This document shows positions 17,341 through 25,983 of a stretch of 53,791 nt of DNA, one piece after another (position 1 is the stretch's first letter; every line of letters begins with the position of its first letter). The stretch lies in sequence record PP180001; one strand, written 5' to 3'. A program made the position numbers and the translations under genes. This DNA is from Escherichia phage mEp010. The notes under the pieces were generated by a model. That model ran no database searches and was not told the origin of the DNA. It saw only the letters and a program-made list of their open reading frames with translations.

Positions 17341-17499
17341 AGTTTACAAAATGGCGTCATTGCGTGATGTGGATCACATAATGGCGCTTTTCACCTTGTT
17401 CTGGTGTATCCATTTTGTATACTTCAAACAAGCAAAATGCTCTTTAAAAATCCGGCAGCGCTGAAATGCGTAGAAATCACCTGAAAAGGAGAGAGCATT

Positions 17500-17676
17500 A
17501 TGCCTTTTGATAATTACCAATGGCATGACGACTATGAACGAGAAAGCGTCATGCGTGCAATGTGCAATGTATGCAGCACGAAGAAAGGAGACTGCAACGA
17601 GTGCAACGAATGTTTAGATCATTGGCTAAGGGCCGGACACGCCGAAAGGCTGAACGAAACAGAGAATCAAAAATAA
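17500..17676 (+). CDS. Small Cys-rich protein (58 aa; CNVC..CNECNEC)
   Basis: AAGGAG SD 7 nt upstream; below ORF-track cut-off; immediately upstream of ninG. Confidence 0.4.
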   Translation: MPFDNYQWHDDYERESVMRAMCNVCSTKKGDCNECNECLDHWLRAGHAERLNETENQK

Positions 17677-17690
17677 TCGGGGTGGTTTTT

Positions 17691-18296
17691 ATGAAAAACC
17701 CTAAAAAACCCATAAAACGCCGTTGCAAATGCTGCGGCGTTTTTTTTGAGCCTAAATATCACAATCAAACGTGGTGCAGTGATGAATGTCTGGAAGAACT
17801 GAAGTTTGACCAGCTATGCCGCGACCGTGAAAAGGCTATGAAGGCTATGGAGCGGAAGAAACGCCGTGATAGCCAGAGGGAAGAACGCAACCGGAAGCGG
17901 AAGCAGTTACACCCGCGAAGTTACTGGATTCACCAGGCGCAAACTGTATTTAACGCATACATACGCGAACGTGATGCAGGACAACCGTGTATATCTTGCG
18001 GGACTTACTACGGTGATCAATGCGGTTGGGATGCTGGGCATTACAGGACAGTAGCGGCGGCTGGGCATCTTCGATTCAACGAGGATAACGTGCATCGTCA
18101 ATGCAAACAATGCAATCAGAGACTGGACGGTAACATATCTGCTTATCGCCCAGCGCTGATTAGAAAAATTGGCCTGGCTAGGGTGGAAGCGCTGGAGAAC
18201 AACAACGAAATTCACAAATGGACTATCGAAGAATGTAAGGAGATCGCAAAAGTTTATCAGGCTAAGTTAAACGCCTTAAGGAGAAAGGCGGCATGA
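17691..18296 (+). CDS. ninG: NinG / Rap recombination protein
   Basis: Close match to lambda NinG (RRCK..C...F.P, PRSYWI.QAQ..NA.IRERD...PCISCGT, WDAGHYRT.AAA..LRFNE.N.H.QC..CN, WTIEECK); Met44 of track ORF 17562-18296. Confidence 0.9.
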   Translation: MKNPKKPIKRRCKCCGVFFEPKYHNQTWCSDECLEELKFDQLCRDREKAMKAMERKKRRDSQREERNRKRKQLHPRSYWIHQAQTVFNAYIRERDAGQPCISCGTYYGDQCGWDAGHYRTVAAAGHLRFNEDNVHRQCKQCNQRLDGNISAYRPALIRKIGLARVEALENNNEIHKWTIEECKEIAKVYQAKLNALRRKAA

Positions 18297-18694
18297 ATGA
18301 ATATTCTTTTAGCCTACCTTACCCGCCATCGAATAACCGCTATTACCGACATTCGCGCGGTTTTCACTATATCAGCAAAGTGGGGAAGGAATACCGGGAA
18401 CAAGTAAAAGACATCATCGAGCTATTAAATTTAAACATCAACCTATCTTGCCGACTGGCAATTACCATTCATGCTGCGCCGCCGGATAACCGGATCAGAG
18501 ATCTGGATAATATCCCAAAATGCCTTTTTGATAGCCTTACTTACGCCGGATTCTGGAATGATGACGGACAAATCGACGCAATAAAAATTGTTCGCTGCCG
18601 GAAGGTAAAAGGCGGGCGATTGTTTATTAAGGTGCGCGAACGCGGCGACCTGTTACCGGATATTGGTGAATACGAAACTAATATGTGGGGGTGA
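18293..18694 (+). CDS. rusA: RusA Holliday-junction resolvase
   Basis: LPYPPSNNRYYRH.RG, RDLDN..K...D.LT.AGFW.DD, KGGRL match RusA. Confidence 0.95.
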   Translation: MNEYSFSLPYPPSNNRYYRHSRGFHYISKVGKEYREQVKDIIELLNLNINLSCRLAITIHAAPPDNRIRDLDNIPKCLFDSLTYAGFWNDDGQIDAIKIVRCRKVKGGRLFIKVRERGDLLPDIGEYETNMWG

Positions 18695-18697
18695 CAA

Positions 18698-18880
18698 ATG
18701 AAAAACGAAATTAAAGATCTGCAAATAGATATTCAGCGCGATGAGCATGATTTAGAGACTGTGCGACAAATACAGGCTTTTCACATGAGAGAATTGCTTG
18801 CACTTAAAGAGCTTGAAATAAAGTTGGTGCAGGCAATATCTGATCGCAAAAGACTGGTTGCGCGTTACGGGGGCAAATAA
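18698..18880 (+). CDS. Hypothetical coiled-coil protein (60 aa)
   Basis: Track ORF. Confidence 0.45.
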   Translation: MKNEIKDLQIDIQRDEHDLETVRQIQAFHMRELLALKELEIKLVQAISDRKRLVARYGGK

Positions 18881-19608
18881 TGAATCTGGAATCAATTCTG
18901 AAATTCCACTTTCCAAAATCTCCGCGTTTATCAGATGAGAGCCGGGGCACGTCCCCGGATGCGCTTAATACTACGGATGCACTAACCGCTGCGGGTATGG
19001 CGCAATCGCGCGTGGAGCTTGGCTACAGCGCTTTTTTGGGGAAGATGGAACTATCACAAGCCGAAAAACATAAGGCCGTGGTTTTGCTTACAGAGCGTTT
19101 AAGTGCTATGGCAAAAGACTACGAATATGTTATGGAACTGGACGAGGCCAAACGCAATGATCTCATTATTCTTGTTGCCGTTTTCGCGTTTCGGGATTAT
19201 TGCCAGAGTGCAGCGACAGAAAAAGTTTGTCCTAAGTGCGGCGGTCACGGGCATTTACCAAATCCATATTGCGAATACACATCAACAATTTGCGCACGGT
19301 GCGGCGGCAAAGGCTACGTTAAAAACCATTGCCAGCGGTGCAAGGGCCGTGGCGAAGTACCGGATAAAGCAGCCAGCGAAGCGGCGGAAATGCCAGTGTT
19401 CAAAACGTGCCAGCATTGCGGCGGGCGCGGGTACTCGCGTTTCCCTGTAGATCTTGTCCGGCAGGCGGTTAATCAGCTTGTTTTTCCGGTAAGCCGATCA
19501 ACGTGGTGGAAGAAATACCGTGCTTTCTATGAAGACGCCATTGGTGAATTGTTCAAAGAAGAGGCGCGGGCTGATAACGAAATTAAACGAGTGACGCGGG
19601 GTGAATAA
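18880..19608 (+). CDS. DnaJ-type zinc-finger protein (four CxxCxGxG repeats) at the Q-antiterminator position
   Basis: CPKCGGHG, CARCGGKG, CQRCKGRG, CQHCGGRG; follows ninG-rusA as Q does in lambdoid phages, but Q identity unproven. Confidence 0.5.
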   Translation: MNLESILKFHFPKSPRLSDESRGTSPDALNTTDALTAAGMAQSRVELGYSAFLGKMELSQAEKHKAVVLLTERLSAMAKDYEYVMELDEAKRNDLIILVAVFAFRDYCQSAATEKVCPKCGGHGHLPNPYCEYTSTICARCGGKGYVKNHCQRCKGRGEVPDKAASEAAEMPVFKTCQHCGGRGYSRFPVDLVRQAVNQLVFPVSRSTWWKKYRAFYEDAIGELFKEEARADNEIKRVTRGE

Positions 19609-19811
19609 TGGATAAGCTGGAAATAAACGATCAGTTTGCCGTTATTTTGTTTGAAGATAAAACGGGCGGCGCATGGTGTAAGAAAGTCACTGGCGCAGAA
19701 GCGCGTTTGGTATTGGGTATGGCAAGCGCGTTAAATGATGGTGAATTGCCAGCCGTGCCAATTGAGCCGGTTCATATTTACGGGCGGAGTAACGACAATG
19801 AAAATACTTAA
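19608..19811 (+). CDS. Hypothetical protein (67 aa)
   Basis: Track ORF, ATG overlaps upstream stop. Confidence 0.45.
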   Translation: MDKLEINDQFAVILFEDKTGGAWCKKVTGAEARLVLGMASALNDGELPAVPIEPVHIYGRSNDNENT

Positions 19812-20145
19812 TATTGGGTGGCTGTATTGCGAAAACTGCGACGATGACGGCATGGTAGTAAAAACTGAAAAAGGTTGCGGCTTCATGCTGTATCAAGACG
19901 ATAAGTTTGTTTGCCCGCGATGCGGTGGTCGTGGTGAGATAGAAATCGTTTATGATATTGCTACCGCACCTAAGCCATCGCGTATTGTCCTTGACGAAAA
20001 AATAAAAATTCATCCTGCTTTATTGCAGCAAATTATCGATCACGTATCGGCAGCCGCAATCTATAGCGATAACAATTATCAGCGTGAAATGAACGTCAAA
20101 CGTGCGATTGAGCAGTATTTCGAGGGTGGTGATAATGAAGCCTAA
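19798..20145 (+). CDS. Hypothetical zinc-ribbon protein (CENC...CPRCGGRG)
   Basis: Met22 of track ORF 19735-20145. Confidence 0.5.
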   Translation: MKILNIGWLYCENCDDDGMVVKTEKGCGFMLYQDDKFVCPRCGGRGEIEIVYDIATAPKPSRIVLDEKIKIHPALLQQIIDHVSAAAIYSDNNYQREMNVKRAIEQYFEGGDNEA

Positions 20146-20407
20146 ATTAAAAGAACATATTTACCGCCAGTTGGTTAACGATCTGACGGAAACGGCGCGC
20201 CATTACGCTGGAACACAACAGTTACGCGGGCGGTTGTCTTCAGTTGTCAACCGTTACATTGATGCAGGATGTCACCGCAAAGGTGAAATAACGATGGATG
20301 ATGCCATCAAGCGCCGTTCGGCTGATTGGTCAGTTAGTAACACAGGGTTAACCGGATACATTGAAGGATATAACGACTGTTTACAGGAACATAGCAATGA
20401 AAAGTAA
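20135..20407 (+). CDS. Hypothetical protein (~90 aa)
   Basis: Met12 of track ORF 20102-20407. Confidence 0.45.
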   Translation: MKPKLKEHIYRQLVNDLTETARHYAGTQQLRGRLSSVVNRYIDAGCHRKGEITMDDAIKRRSADWSVSNTGLTGYIEGYNDCLQEHSNEK

Positions 20408-20609
20408 CCGCAAGCGCCTTGTAAGGGCGTACGACAAAGCATTAAAGGCTTTTGATGATCTGCGACACAATAAACGCCAGCGCCGTAAATGGGCGCGTAT
20501 GCTTGTAAGAGAATGGCATAGCGAGGACTATTTCCTTGATGCCAGACACATGACGCAGGATGTAGCTGACATGTTAGCTGACGAGAACGTTTATTATATG
20601 ATGTGGTGA
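20397..20609 (+). CDS. Hypothetical basic protein (~70 aa)
   Basis: Met13 of track ORF 20361-20609. Confidence 0.45.
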   Translation: MKSNRKRLVRAYDKALKAFDDLRHNKRQRRKWARMLVREWHSEDYFLDARHMTQDVADMLADENVYYMMW

Positions 20610-20613
20610 TAAC

Positions 20614-20979
20614 ATGAAAATAATCATTGATTATCTTTGTCATGCTGTGAATACGCTTTTTGGTTTTTATCAACAACCATTCCTCAAAGAATGGGATGAA
20701 ATGCTCAATGACATCATTGACAAAGGGTTAATAATGGAGGTTGACGATCTCACAATCAAATTTAATTACGATGGTAAAGAATATCAAATTTGGGTAGGTA
20801 ATAGATGGTATGCATACGGACATATTTATTCAATTGGCGGTAAATACATTAAACGAAGCCAGGAGTTCAGGCCGCGATTCAGAACAATGCGCAGACTGCA
20901 TGACCTGCATATGAATATATTTGAAGATCAGGAAGAGCGCGAACTATTTAAGATCTACGGGGATAAATCATGGAGCTAA
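20614..20979 (+). CDS. Hypothetical protein (121 aa)
   Basis: Track ORF. Confidence 0.5.
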   Translation: MKIIIDYLCHAVNTLFGFYQQPFLKEWDEMLNDIIDKGLIMEVDDLTIKFNYDGKEYQIWVGNRWYAYGHIYSIGGKYIKRSQEFRPRFRTMRRLHDLHMNIFEDQEERELFKIYGDKSWS

Positions 20980-21200
20980 AAATCTGGTGTGCTATCGACG
21001 TTGTTGATAATGAATTGTCTATGTTCGCCACTAACGGGAAACGCGTTGTGATCGCTACATGGACACGTAACCATGATGATATTGCTTTCCGTCGCGCGGC
21101 GGCTGAATTGCTTTTCGCTGATGGCGGCTACACGATGAACATCGCACAGCTTGCCAGAATGAAAGATGAAATACTGACTGACAGCTACACAACTGCATAA
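20970..21200 (+). CDS. Hypothetical protein (76 aa)
   Basis: Track ORF. Confidence 0.45.
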   Translation: MELKIWCAIDVVDNELSMFATNGKRVVIATWTRNHDDIAFRRAAAELLFADGGYTMNIAQLARMKDEILTDSYTTA

Positions 21201-21215
21201 CTTGGGTGGGTTGAT

Positions 21216-21449
21216 ATGCGTATCTATGAACACAAGCGCGACAAAACGCGCTTTTTTGTCCGTGCTGGCGTGGCGTACCAGTATCACGAATGCGGTTACA
21301 TTGAGGCGCTTGCTTACGATCTGGATTTTGAGCAAGAAAAGGCATGGTTCGATTTTAAAATTTACCGGAAACGCAAACCAACGCGCGACGAGCGACACGC
21401 TATCCGTGACTTTTTAATCAGTATTGAGCGCTGGGGGACAGAGGAATGA
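21216..21449 (+). CDS. Hypothetical protein (77 aa)
   Basis: Track ORF. Confidence 0.45.
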   Translation: MRIYEHKRDKTRFFVRAGVAYQYHECGYIEALAYDLDFEQEKAWFDFKIYRKRKPTRDERHAIRDFLISIERWGTEE

Positions 21450-21739
21450 GAACTAAGAAAACAGCAGATCAGAAAGCGTTAGTTATAGCCACAACGGATG
21501 TTTCGTTATTCACGAAGGGTGAAGAGATAGAACTTAAATTGCTTTTCGGCATGTTTGAGCCACACGAAAAGCCGTGGTTCGTGCATGAAGATAAACAAGG
21601 CAATATGCGCGTAGTAGTGCCTGACAGTAAAAGCGATATATTTTTTGGTATTCCAGATCCGTTACATGACGGTGAGATGTTGGCGGTATTGTTGATCTCT
21701 GATGCTGTTACTTACAAGGGAAAGAAACATGAAAGTTAA
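21446..21739 (+). CDS. Hypothetical protein (97 aa)
   Basis: Track ORF. Confidence 0.5.
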   Translation: MRTKKTADQKALVIATTDVSLFTKGEEIELKLLFGMFEPHEKPWFVHEDKQGNMRVVVPDSKSDIFFGIPDPLHDGEMLAVLLISDAVTYKGKKHES

Positions 21740-21956
21740 ATTCTTGCACGATCACGGTTATCCGTCACTGAAACAGGTTGTTGGTAAGGTGGTTGCCGTC
21801 GTTCATAGTGATAATGTCACATGCATGATTAACGGTGCTGACCTCATTGCCGCTGGCGCTGATGACCATTACATCAATCCGGCATGGTCGTATACGTTCA
21901 GCCTGGCAGAGTTCGTAGGCGACAAGGGGCGAGGGCTGGAAGTAGTCGAGGGTTAA
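21729..21956 (+). CDS. Hypothetical protein (~75 aa)
   Basis: Met10 of track ORF 21702-21956. Confidence 0.45.
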   Translation: MKVKFLHDHGYPSLKQVVGKVVAVVHSDNVTCMINGADLIAAGADDHYINPAWSYTFSLAEFVGDKGRGLEVVEG

Positions 21957-21960
21957 AATC

Positions 21961-22209
21961 ATGGACGTTTACGAAGATCTATACCTCCAGACAAACACTT
22001 GCACTTTTTATTTTCTGAAAAACGGCGTCGTATATCGCAGCGATGACGGGGTAATAATGAAAGAGTGGTTATTCAAGCGTAAAGACCTACTCGACGATCT
22101 GGTTTTTGCCGGGATATTCCGTAAACGTCCTGCCAACCTGGAAGAAGAAATGTTGATAGAGGTATTTCAAAATGAAAATCAGGGTAAGTTATTTCCGGGC
22201 GAAAGATAA
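21961..22209 (+). CDS. Hypothetical protein (82 aa)
   Basis: Track ORF. Confidence 0.45.
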   Translation: MDVYEDLYLQTNTCTFYFLKNGVVYRSDDGVIMKEWLFKRKDLLDDLVFAGIFRKRPANLEEEMLIEVFQNENQGKLFPGER

Positions 22210-22423
22210 GGCAACGGGAAAGCAGATGGCGATCCTGGTTAACGAGGCGCAATACATGTTTGTCCTTCAGCCGTGGTGTGTTGTAGACCTTAACGACAAT
22301 TGCCGCCGTCACGCTGCGCGGAGTGCTGTAGGTATGAAAGGCTGGCAACCGCGCGACATGGAAAGCTATTGTGAATGGAAATTGGTAGCAAAATATACGG
22401 TAGACTATAAAGGGGTTTTCTGA
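22172..22423 (+). CDS. Hypothetical protein (83 aa)
   Basis: Track ORF. Confidence 0.45.
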   Translation: MKIRVSYFRAKDKATGKQMAILVNEAQYMFVLQPWCVVDLNDNCRRHAARSAVGMKGWQPRDMESYCEWKLVAKYTVDYKGVF

Positions 22424-22425
22424 TT

Positions 22426-22641
22426 ATGTTTGCAAGGTGCGTTTATTCTGACACTGTGTGCTTTACTGTTGGGGAATTGTATAGCGTTGACCTTCTTAAC
22501 GGGTGTAAGCGCGGCGCTGGCGGTATTCATTATGTAAAAGATAATGATGGCGATGCGTGGCAATTTTACGGCGATTATGCAAAAGGGGTTGTTAAGGGTA
22601 GTTTTGATAATCGTGTAATGGCGCGTTTCGTTAAGTGGTGA
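22426..22641 (+). CDS. Hypothetical protein (71 aa)
   Basis: Track ORF. Confidence 0.45.
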   Translation: MFARCVYSDTVCFTVGELYSVDLLNGCKRGAGGIHYVKDNDGDAWQFYGDYAKGVVKGSFDNRVMARFVKW

Positions 22642-22650
22642 GGTAGTGTC

Positions 22651-22890
22651 ATGAGCCGGAATCAGAGATACCAGTGCACATATTCACGATGTAGCGCGTT
22701 TTTTAAGAATGGCAAGATCTACGAAGTCGGCGCGGCATTGGTTGACGCAAAGAATCAGGAATATATTCACGCCATTACTGACGACCAGGGCCAGTTATGG
22801 CGATTTTATAAGATGGGGTGTGGCACGGCGCTTGTTTATGCGCGTGCTGGTGGTGGCGCTTTTGCTGCGTTTTCGTATGTGGGGTATTAG
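22651..22890 (+). CDS. Hypothetical protein (79 aa)
   Basis: Track ORF. Confidence 0.45.
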   Translation: MSRNQRYQCTYSRCSAFFKNGKIYEVGAALVDAKNQEYIHAITDDQGQLWRFYKMGCGTALVYARAGGGAFAAFSYVGY

Positions 22891-22891
22891 A

Positions 22892-23110
22892 ATGACTATT
22901 TTAACGTGTCACGGATCTGATCTTGATTGTTTCGAAGACGGTTGCCAGTACGAAGCGGAAAAACCAGGCGGATTACCGAAAAACCCGTTTTTAGTAGTTA
23001 CAGACACTTACGGTCACTTATGGTATGCAGCGCCCAGCAAGGCGCGCGGCTGGTGGCTGATTCAGAATGACGATCGCGAGGTTGTAGTGGCCTTTAAGCA
23101 GGATGAATGA
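22892..23110 (+). CDS. Hypothetical protein (72 aa, Cys-containing)
   Basis: Met62 of track ORF 22709-23110, starting 1 nt after previous stop. Confidence 0.45.
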   Translation: MTILTCHGSDLDCFEDGCQYEAEKPGGLPKNPFLVVTDTYGHLWYAAPSKARGWWLIQNDDREVVVAFKQDE

Positions 23111-23209
23111 AAAGCGTGATCTACCTCGCAAAGTATACGAAATGGCATTGTTTCGGCAGTGCCGTTTTGTTATATATAAGTCAAAGAAGACGGAAGGGGA
23201 GACAAGAAA

Positions 23210-23335
23210 ATGAACGCTAACGCTAAATATCCGGCCTGGGTTTTTGAGTTATATGCCCGCTATTTTGAATTGCTTGCACCAGATGAAGAAGCATTAAGCA
23301 TTGACGAATACGCTGAGTGTTTAGGGTTCAAATGA
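23210..23335 (+). CDS. Small hypothetical protein (41 aa)
   Basis: GGAGACAAG SD; preceded by TTGTTT-17-TATATA promoter-like element (23148-23176) and the recurrent motif. Confidence 0.3.
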   Translation: MNANAKYPAWVFELYARYFELLAPDEEALSIDEYAECLGFK

Positions 23336-23393
23336 GACAAAGAAGAATAAAGCACGGGGCCGGATGGCCCCATCAAACAAGAAGGTTGCAATC

Positions 23394-23693
23394 ATGAAAA
23401 GCGATAAATTCATTGCTTGCTGTTTTGTTGAAGTGCCTAAATGTGATGTTTTCTGCAATTATGAATTTAAAGACAGTTTAGGACGATCTCATGTTGTTGT
23501 CGGCAAGCGCGGAGAATGGTTATATATAACAGACGACGACATGATTTTTACCAGAAATCAACTATTTCACATCAACTCATTAAATAATTATGCGCCAGTT
23601 GCCGCTATATCCATGATGGATCTTAAATCTAATATGTGGCTTGAAAAGGACACTGTGAATAAAGCGCGTAGCTTACCTGGTGCGGAGTTTTAA
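23394..23693 (+). CDS. Hypothetical protein (~99 aa)
   Basis: Met11 of track ORF 23364-23693. Confidence 0.5.
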   Translation: MKSDKFIACCFVEVPKCDVFCNYEFKDSLGRSHVVVGKRGEWLYITDDDMIFTRNQLFHINSLNNYAPVAAISMMDLKSNMWLEKDTVNKARSLPGAEF

Positions 23694-23695
23694 TT

Positions 23696-23953
23696 ATGGT
23701 TGTGTTCAGACTGTGGCGCGGTAATAGCATACTTGATGGCGAGTACAGCCGCGTTATTGAAGATGTTAATCGCGGTCGCTTTTATGAACTGGCATACAGG
23801 GAGGCAATGGAGAACACCTATTTTGATGAGTCGATCCCTATGTGGCGGAAGATGTCTGGCGAAATAGCTTTCGCAATGCGTCACGGGTTTTATACAGATC
23901 ACAACACGTTAACAGATGCAGAACTGGTAACAATTCTTTACGAAGGAGAATAA
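23696..23953 (+). CDS. Hypothetical protein (85 aa)
   Basis: Track ORF. Confidence 0.5.
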   Translation: MVVFRLWRGNSILDGEYSRVIEDVNRGRFYELAYREAMENTYFDESIPMWRKMSGEIAFAMRHGFYTDHNTLTDAELVTILYEGE

Positions 23954-23956
23954 CAA

Positions 23957-24280
23957 ATGTCTAAATTTATCAGTGTTAAAGTTTTCCGTGGCACTTTTCC
24001 AGAAGATGAAAAAAATGGACAATTCGCCGGACAGCCTGGCGCATGTTTCCGTGTAGCCACTGACGACGAGGCGGGCGTTAAATGCTTCCACGTAGCTGAA
24101 CCTCCTTTTGACGTGAAAGACCTTGATAATGCAGATCACGTTAAATTTTTTATCTTAGTATCATTGGAACTTAATCCGTTCCCTGGTGCTGAAGTGGAAT
24201 TGATTGGTGCTGAACTGGTGGCGGAATACAAAATGACTGAAGGTGTGACAGGGGGAATTGACATTGAGCGCATCAAATAA
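23957..24280 (+). CDS. Hypothetical protein (107 aa)
   Basis: Track ORF with AGGAG SD. Confidence 0.5.
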   Translation: MSKFISVKVFRGTFPEDEKNGQFAGQPGACFRVATDDEAGVKCFHVAEPPFDVKDLDNADHVKFFILVSLELNPFPGAEVELIGAELVAEYKMTEGVTGGIDIERIK

Positions 24281-24509
24281 GCTATATAAGATCAGGTGTA
24301 AAGGCGAATATCCTGGCTTTACGACTGGATGCGAATACCTGGGAAATATTGGGTATGGCCCTTTCGGTGAATTAGGGATGAACACGATGGACGACGACGG
24401 CGACAGCAGGACGCTTGATCTTGATTCTGATGATTTCGAATACATCCCGCCGATAACTTACCGCGACGTTGATGATTTCATGGCTGAACATGACGACGAG
24501 GACGATTAA
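24258..24509 (+). CDS. Hypothetical acidic protein (83 aa)
   Basis: Track ORF. Confidence 0.45.
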   Translation: MTLSASNKLYKIRCKGEYPGFTTGCEYLGNIGYGPFGELGMNTMDDDGDSRTLDLDSDDFEYIPPITYRDVDDFMAEHDDEDD

Positions 24510-24567
24510 ATGGAAGAGTGGTATAAAAATTTATTAATCATGTTTCTTTCTGAAAATTGGGCGCTAT

Positions 24568-24831
24568 TTGAGCGTTTTTGCGAGGAACATGGTGAAGACC
24601 CTAACGATATTTATCACGATCTTGGTGGTGAAGATGACTGAATGCCTTATTGTTGCGGTAGTTATAATTTACCTGGCTGGTGTCATTTTAATGGGCGCTT
24701 TTCAGAAGGCTGTTGATAGTGACGGCGTTATTTGGTTCGAGCTAGTCTTCTGGCCTTTCATTACGATATACGCATTCAGTGATGCTATGCGTATTAACAT
24801 CATGCGAGCCATTAAGGAGCGCAAAAAATGA
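24568..24831 (+). CDS. Hypothetical membrane protein (87 aa, 2 TM)
   Basis: Track ORF. Confidence 0.5.
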   Translation: MSVFARNMVKTLTIFITILVVKMTECLIVAVVIIYLAGVILMGAFQKAVDSDGVIWFELVFWPFITIYAFSDAMRINIMRAIKERKK

Positions 24832-25010
24832 TTGAAGATGGGGTGTACGCAGCAACAGTAGTCGACGGGTTGTTTTACCGCGTGGAAGGTGATGATATTC
24901 GTATCCGTGTTGGCGGTGGCGAGTGGGTAGCGCCAATCATTAAGACGACGCGAGAAACAATTAAAATATTTCTTGATGCTGGTGAACTGGTAAAGGTTAG
25001 CGACCTATGA
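24828..25010 (+). CDS. Hypothetical protein (60 aa; MIEDGVY... paralog A)
   Basis: Track ORF; N-terminus paralogous to next gene. Confidence 0.45.
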   Translation: MIEDGVYAATVVDGLFYRVEGDDIRIRVGGGEWVAPIIKTTRETIKIFLDAGELVKVSDL

Positions 25011-25183
25011 ACGAGATCGAAGATGGCATCTATTTGCATAAGGTATTTGACATCGCCTATTTGGTAAGAGGCGAAGAGGTGATGATAAGGAATGAAGATG
25101 TTCCTTATTGGGAATTAAGCGACATGGATCGCGAACACATGCAAACATTGCTTGATAACGGACTGATATACAGAACTGCGTAA
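25007..25183 (+). CDS. Hypothetical protein (58 aa; MNEIEDGIY... paralog B)
   Basis: ATGA-coupled to previous gene; below ORF-track cut-off. Confidence 0.4.
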   Translation: MNEIEDGIYLHKVFDIAYLVRGEEVMIRNEDVPYWELSDMDREHMQTLLDNGLIYRTA

Positions 25184-25191
25184 AGCCGTAT

Positions 25192-25220
25192 TTGTGGGTC
25201 GAAAACAAACAGATTAAAAT
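25192..25220 (+). promoter_or_regulatory. Candidate late promoter (PR'-like): TTGTGG-17 bp-TAAAAT
   Basis: Lies 8 nt after the last small gene and ~30 nt before a terminator hairpin, i.e. promoter then short terminated leader upstream of lysis genes, as at lambda PR'-tR'. Confidence 0.45.
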
Positions 25221-25248
25221 ATTACCTAACAATGCGAAACTGTAACTA

Positions 25249-25270
25249 CCCGGCCCCGCGCCGGGTTTTT
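25249..25270 (+). terminator. Rho-independent terminator (tR'-like) upstream of holin
   Basis: CCCGGC-CCCGC-GCCGGG hairpin plus TTTTT. Confidence 0.6.
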
Positions 25271-25290
25271 GCTTTGTTGGAGGAAAATCT

Positions 25291-25491
25291 ATGTTCGACA
25301 GAATACGGGAGGCGTGTGCGTATGTGACTGGGGCCGTAACTGCTTTTTTCGGCGCTATAACCATCAATGACGTCGCTGTTTTCGTTGGTATCTTATCAAC
25401 CATAGGCACATTTGCCGTTAATTATTACTTCAAATCACAGGAGAACAAGCGGGCGCAAGAGGAACACGACGCGCGAATGGGGAATAAGTAA
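25291..25491 (+). CDS. Holin, two-TMD pinholin type (S21-like)
   Basis: 66 aa, two TM segments, C-terminus NYYFKSQENKRAQEE resembles phage 21 S; GGAGGA SD. Confidence 0.75.
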   Translation: MFDRIREACAYVTGAVTAFFGAITINDVAVFVGILSTIGTFAVNYYFKSQENKRAQEEHDARMGNK

Positions 25492-25983
25492 ATGATTAGC
25501 CAATCGCTGAAAAACAAGATTGTTGCGGCGGCGGCTGGTGGGGCGATCGCTATTGCGGCGGTGATGATTAAGCCATTAGAGGGCGTGGAATACGATCCTT
25601 ATCGTGATGTTGTTGGCGTATGGACTGTTTGCTACGGTCACACCGGAAAAGACATCATGCTTGGGAAGACTTACACGCAATCAGAATGCGATGCTTTGTT
25701 GAACAAAGATCTACATAAGACCGCAAAAGCGATTGACCCATATATCAAAGTCGAAATATCAGATTTTACCCGCGCTGCACTTTATTCATTCGCCTATAAC
25801 GTAGGCGCAACCAACTTCAAAACATCAACCTTATTAAAGCTACTCAATGACGGCAAGAAATCAGAGGCGTGCGCACAGCTTAAGCGCTGGGTATACGCTG
25901 GCGGTAAGAAGTGGCAAGGCCTGGTTAACCGCCGCGAGGTTGAATATGCCGTTTGCGAATGGGGTGAGAAATGGACAAGGTGA
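25492..25983 (+). CDS. SAR endolysin (GH24 lysozyme with N-terminal signal-anchor-release domain)
   Basis: Strong resemblance to phage 21 R: Gly/Ala-rich SAR helix, EGV.Y.PY.D.VGVWTVC.GHTG, YSF.YNVGA.NF.TSTLL. Confidence 0.9.
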   Translation: MISQSLKNKIVAAAAGGAIAIAAVMIKPLEGVEYDPYRDVVGVWTVCYGHTGKDIMLGKTYTQSECDALLNKDLHKTAKAIDPYIKVEISDFTRAALYSFAYNVGATNFKTSTLLKLLNDGKKSEACAQLKRWVYAGGKKWQGLVNRREVEYAVCEWGEKWTR

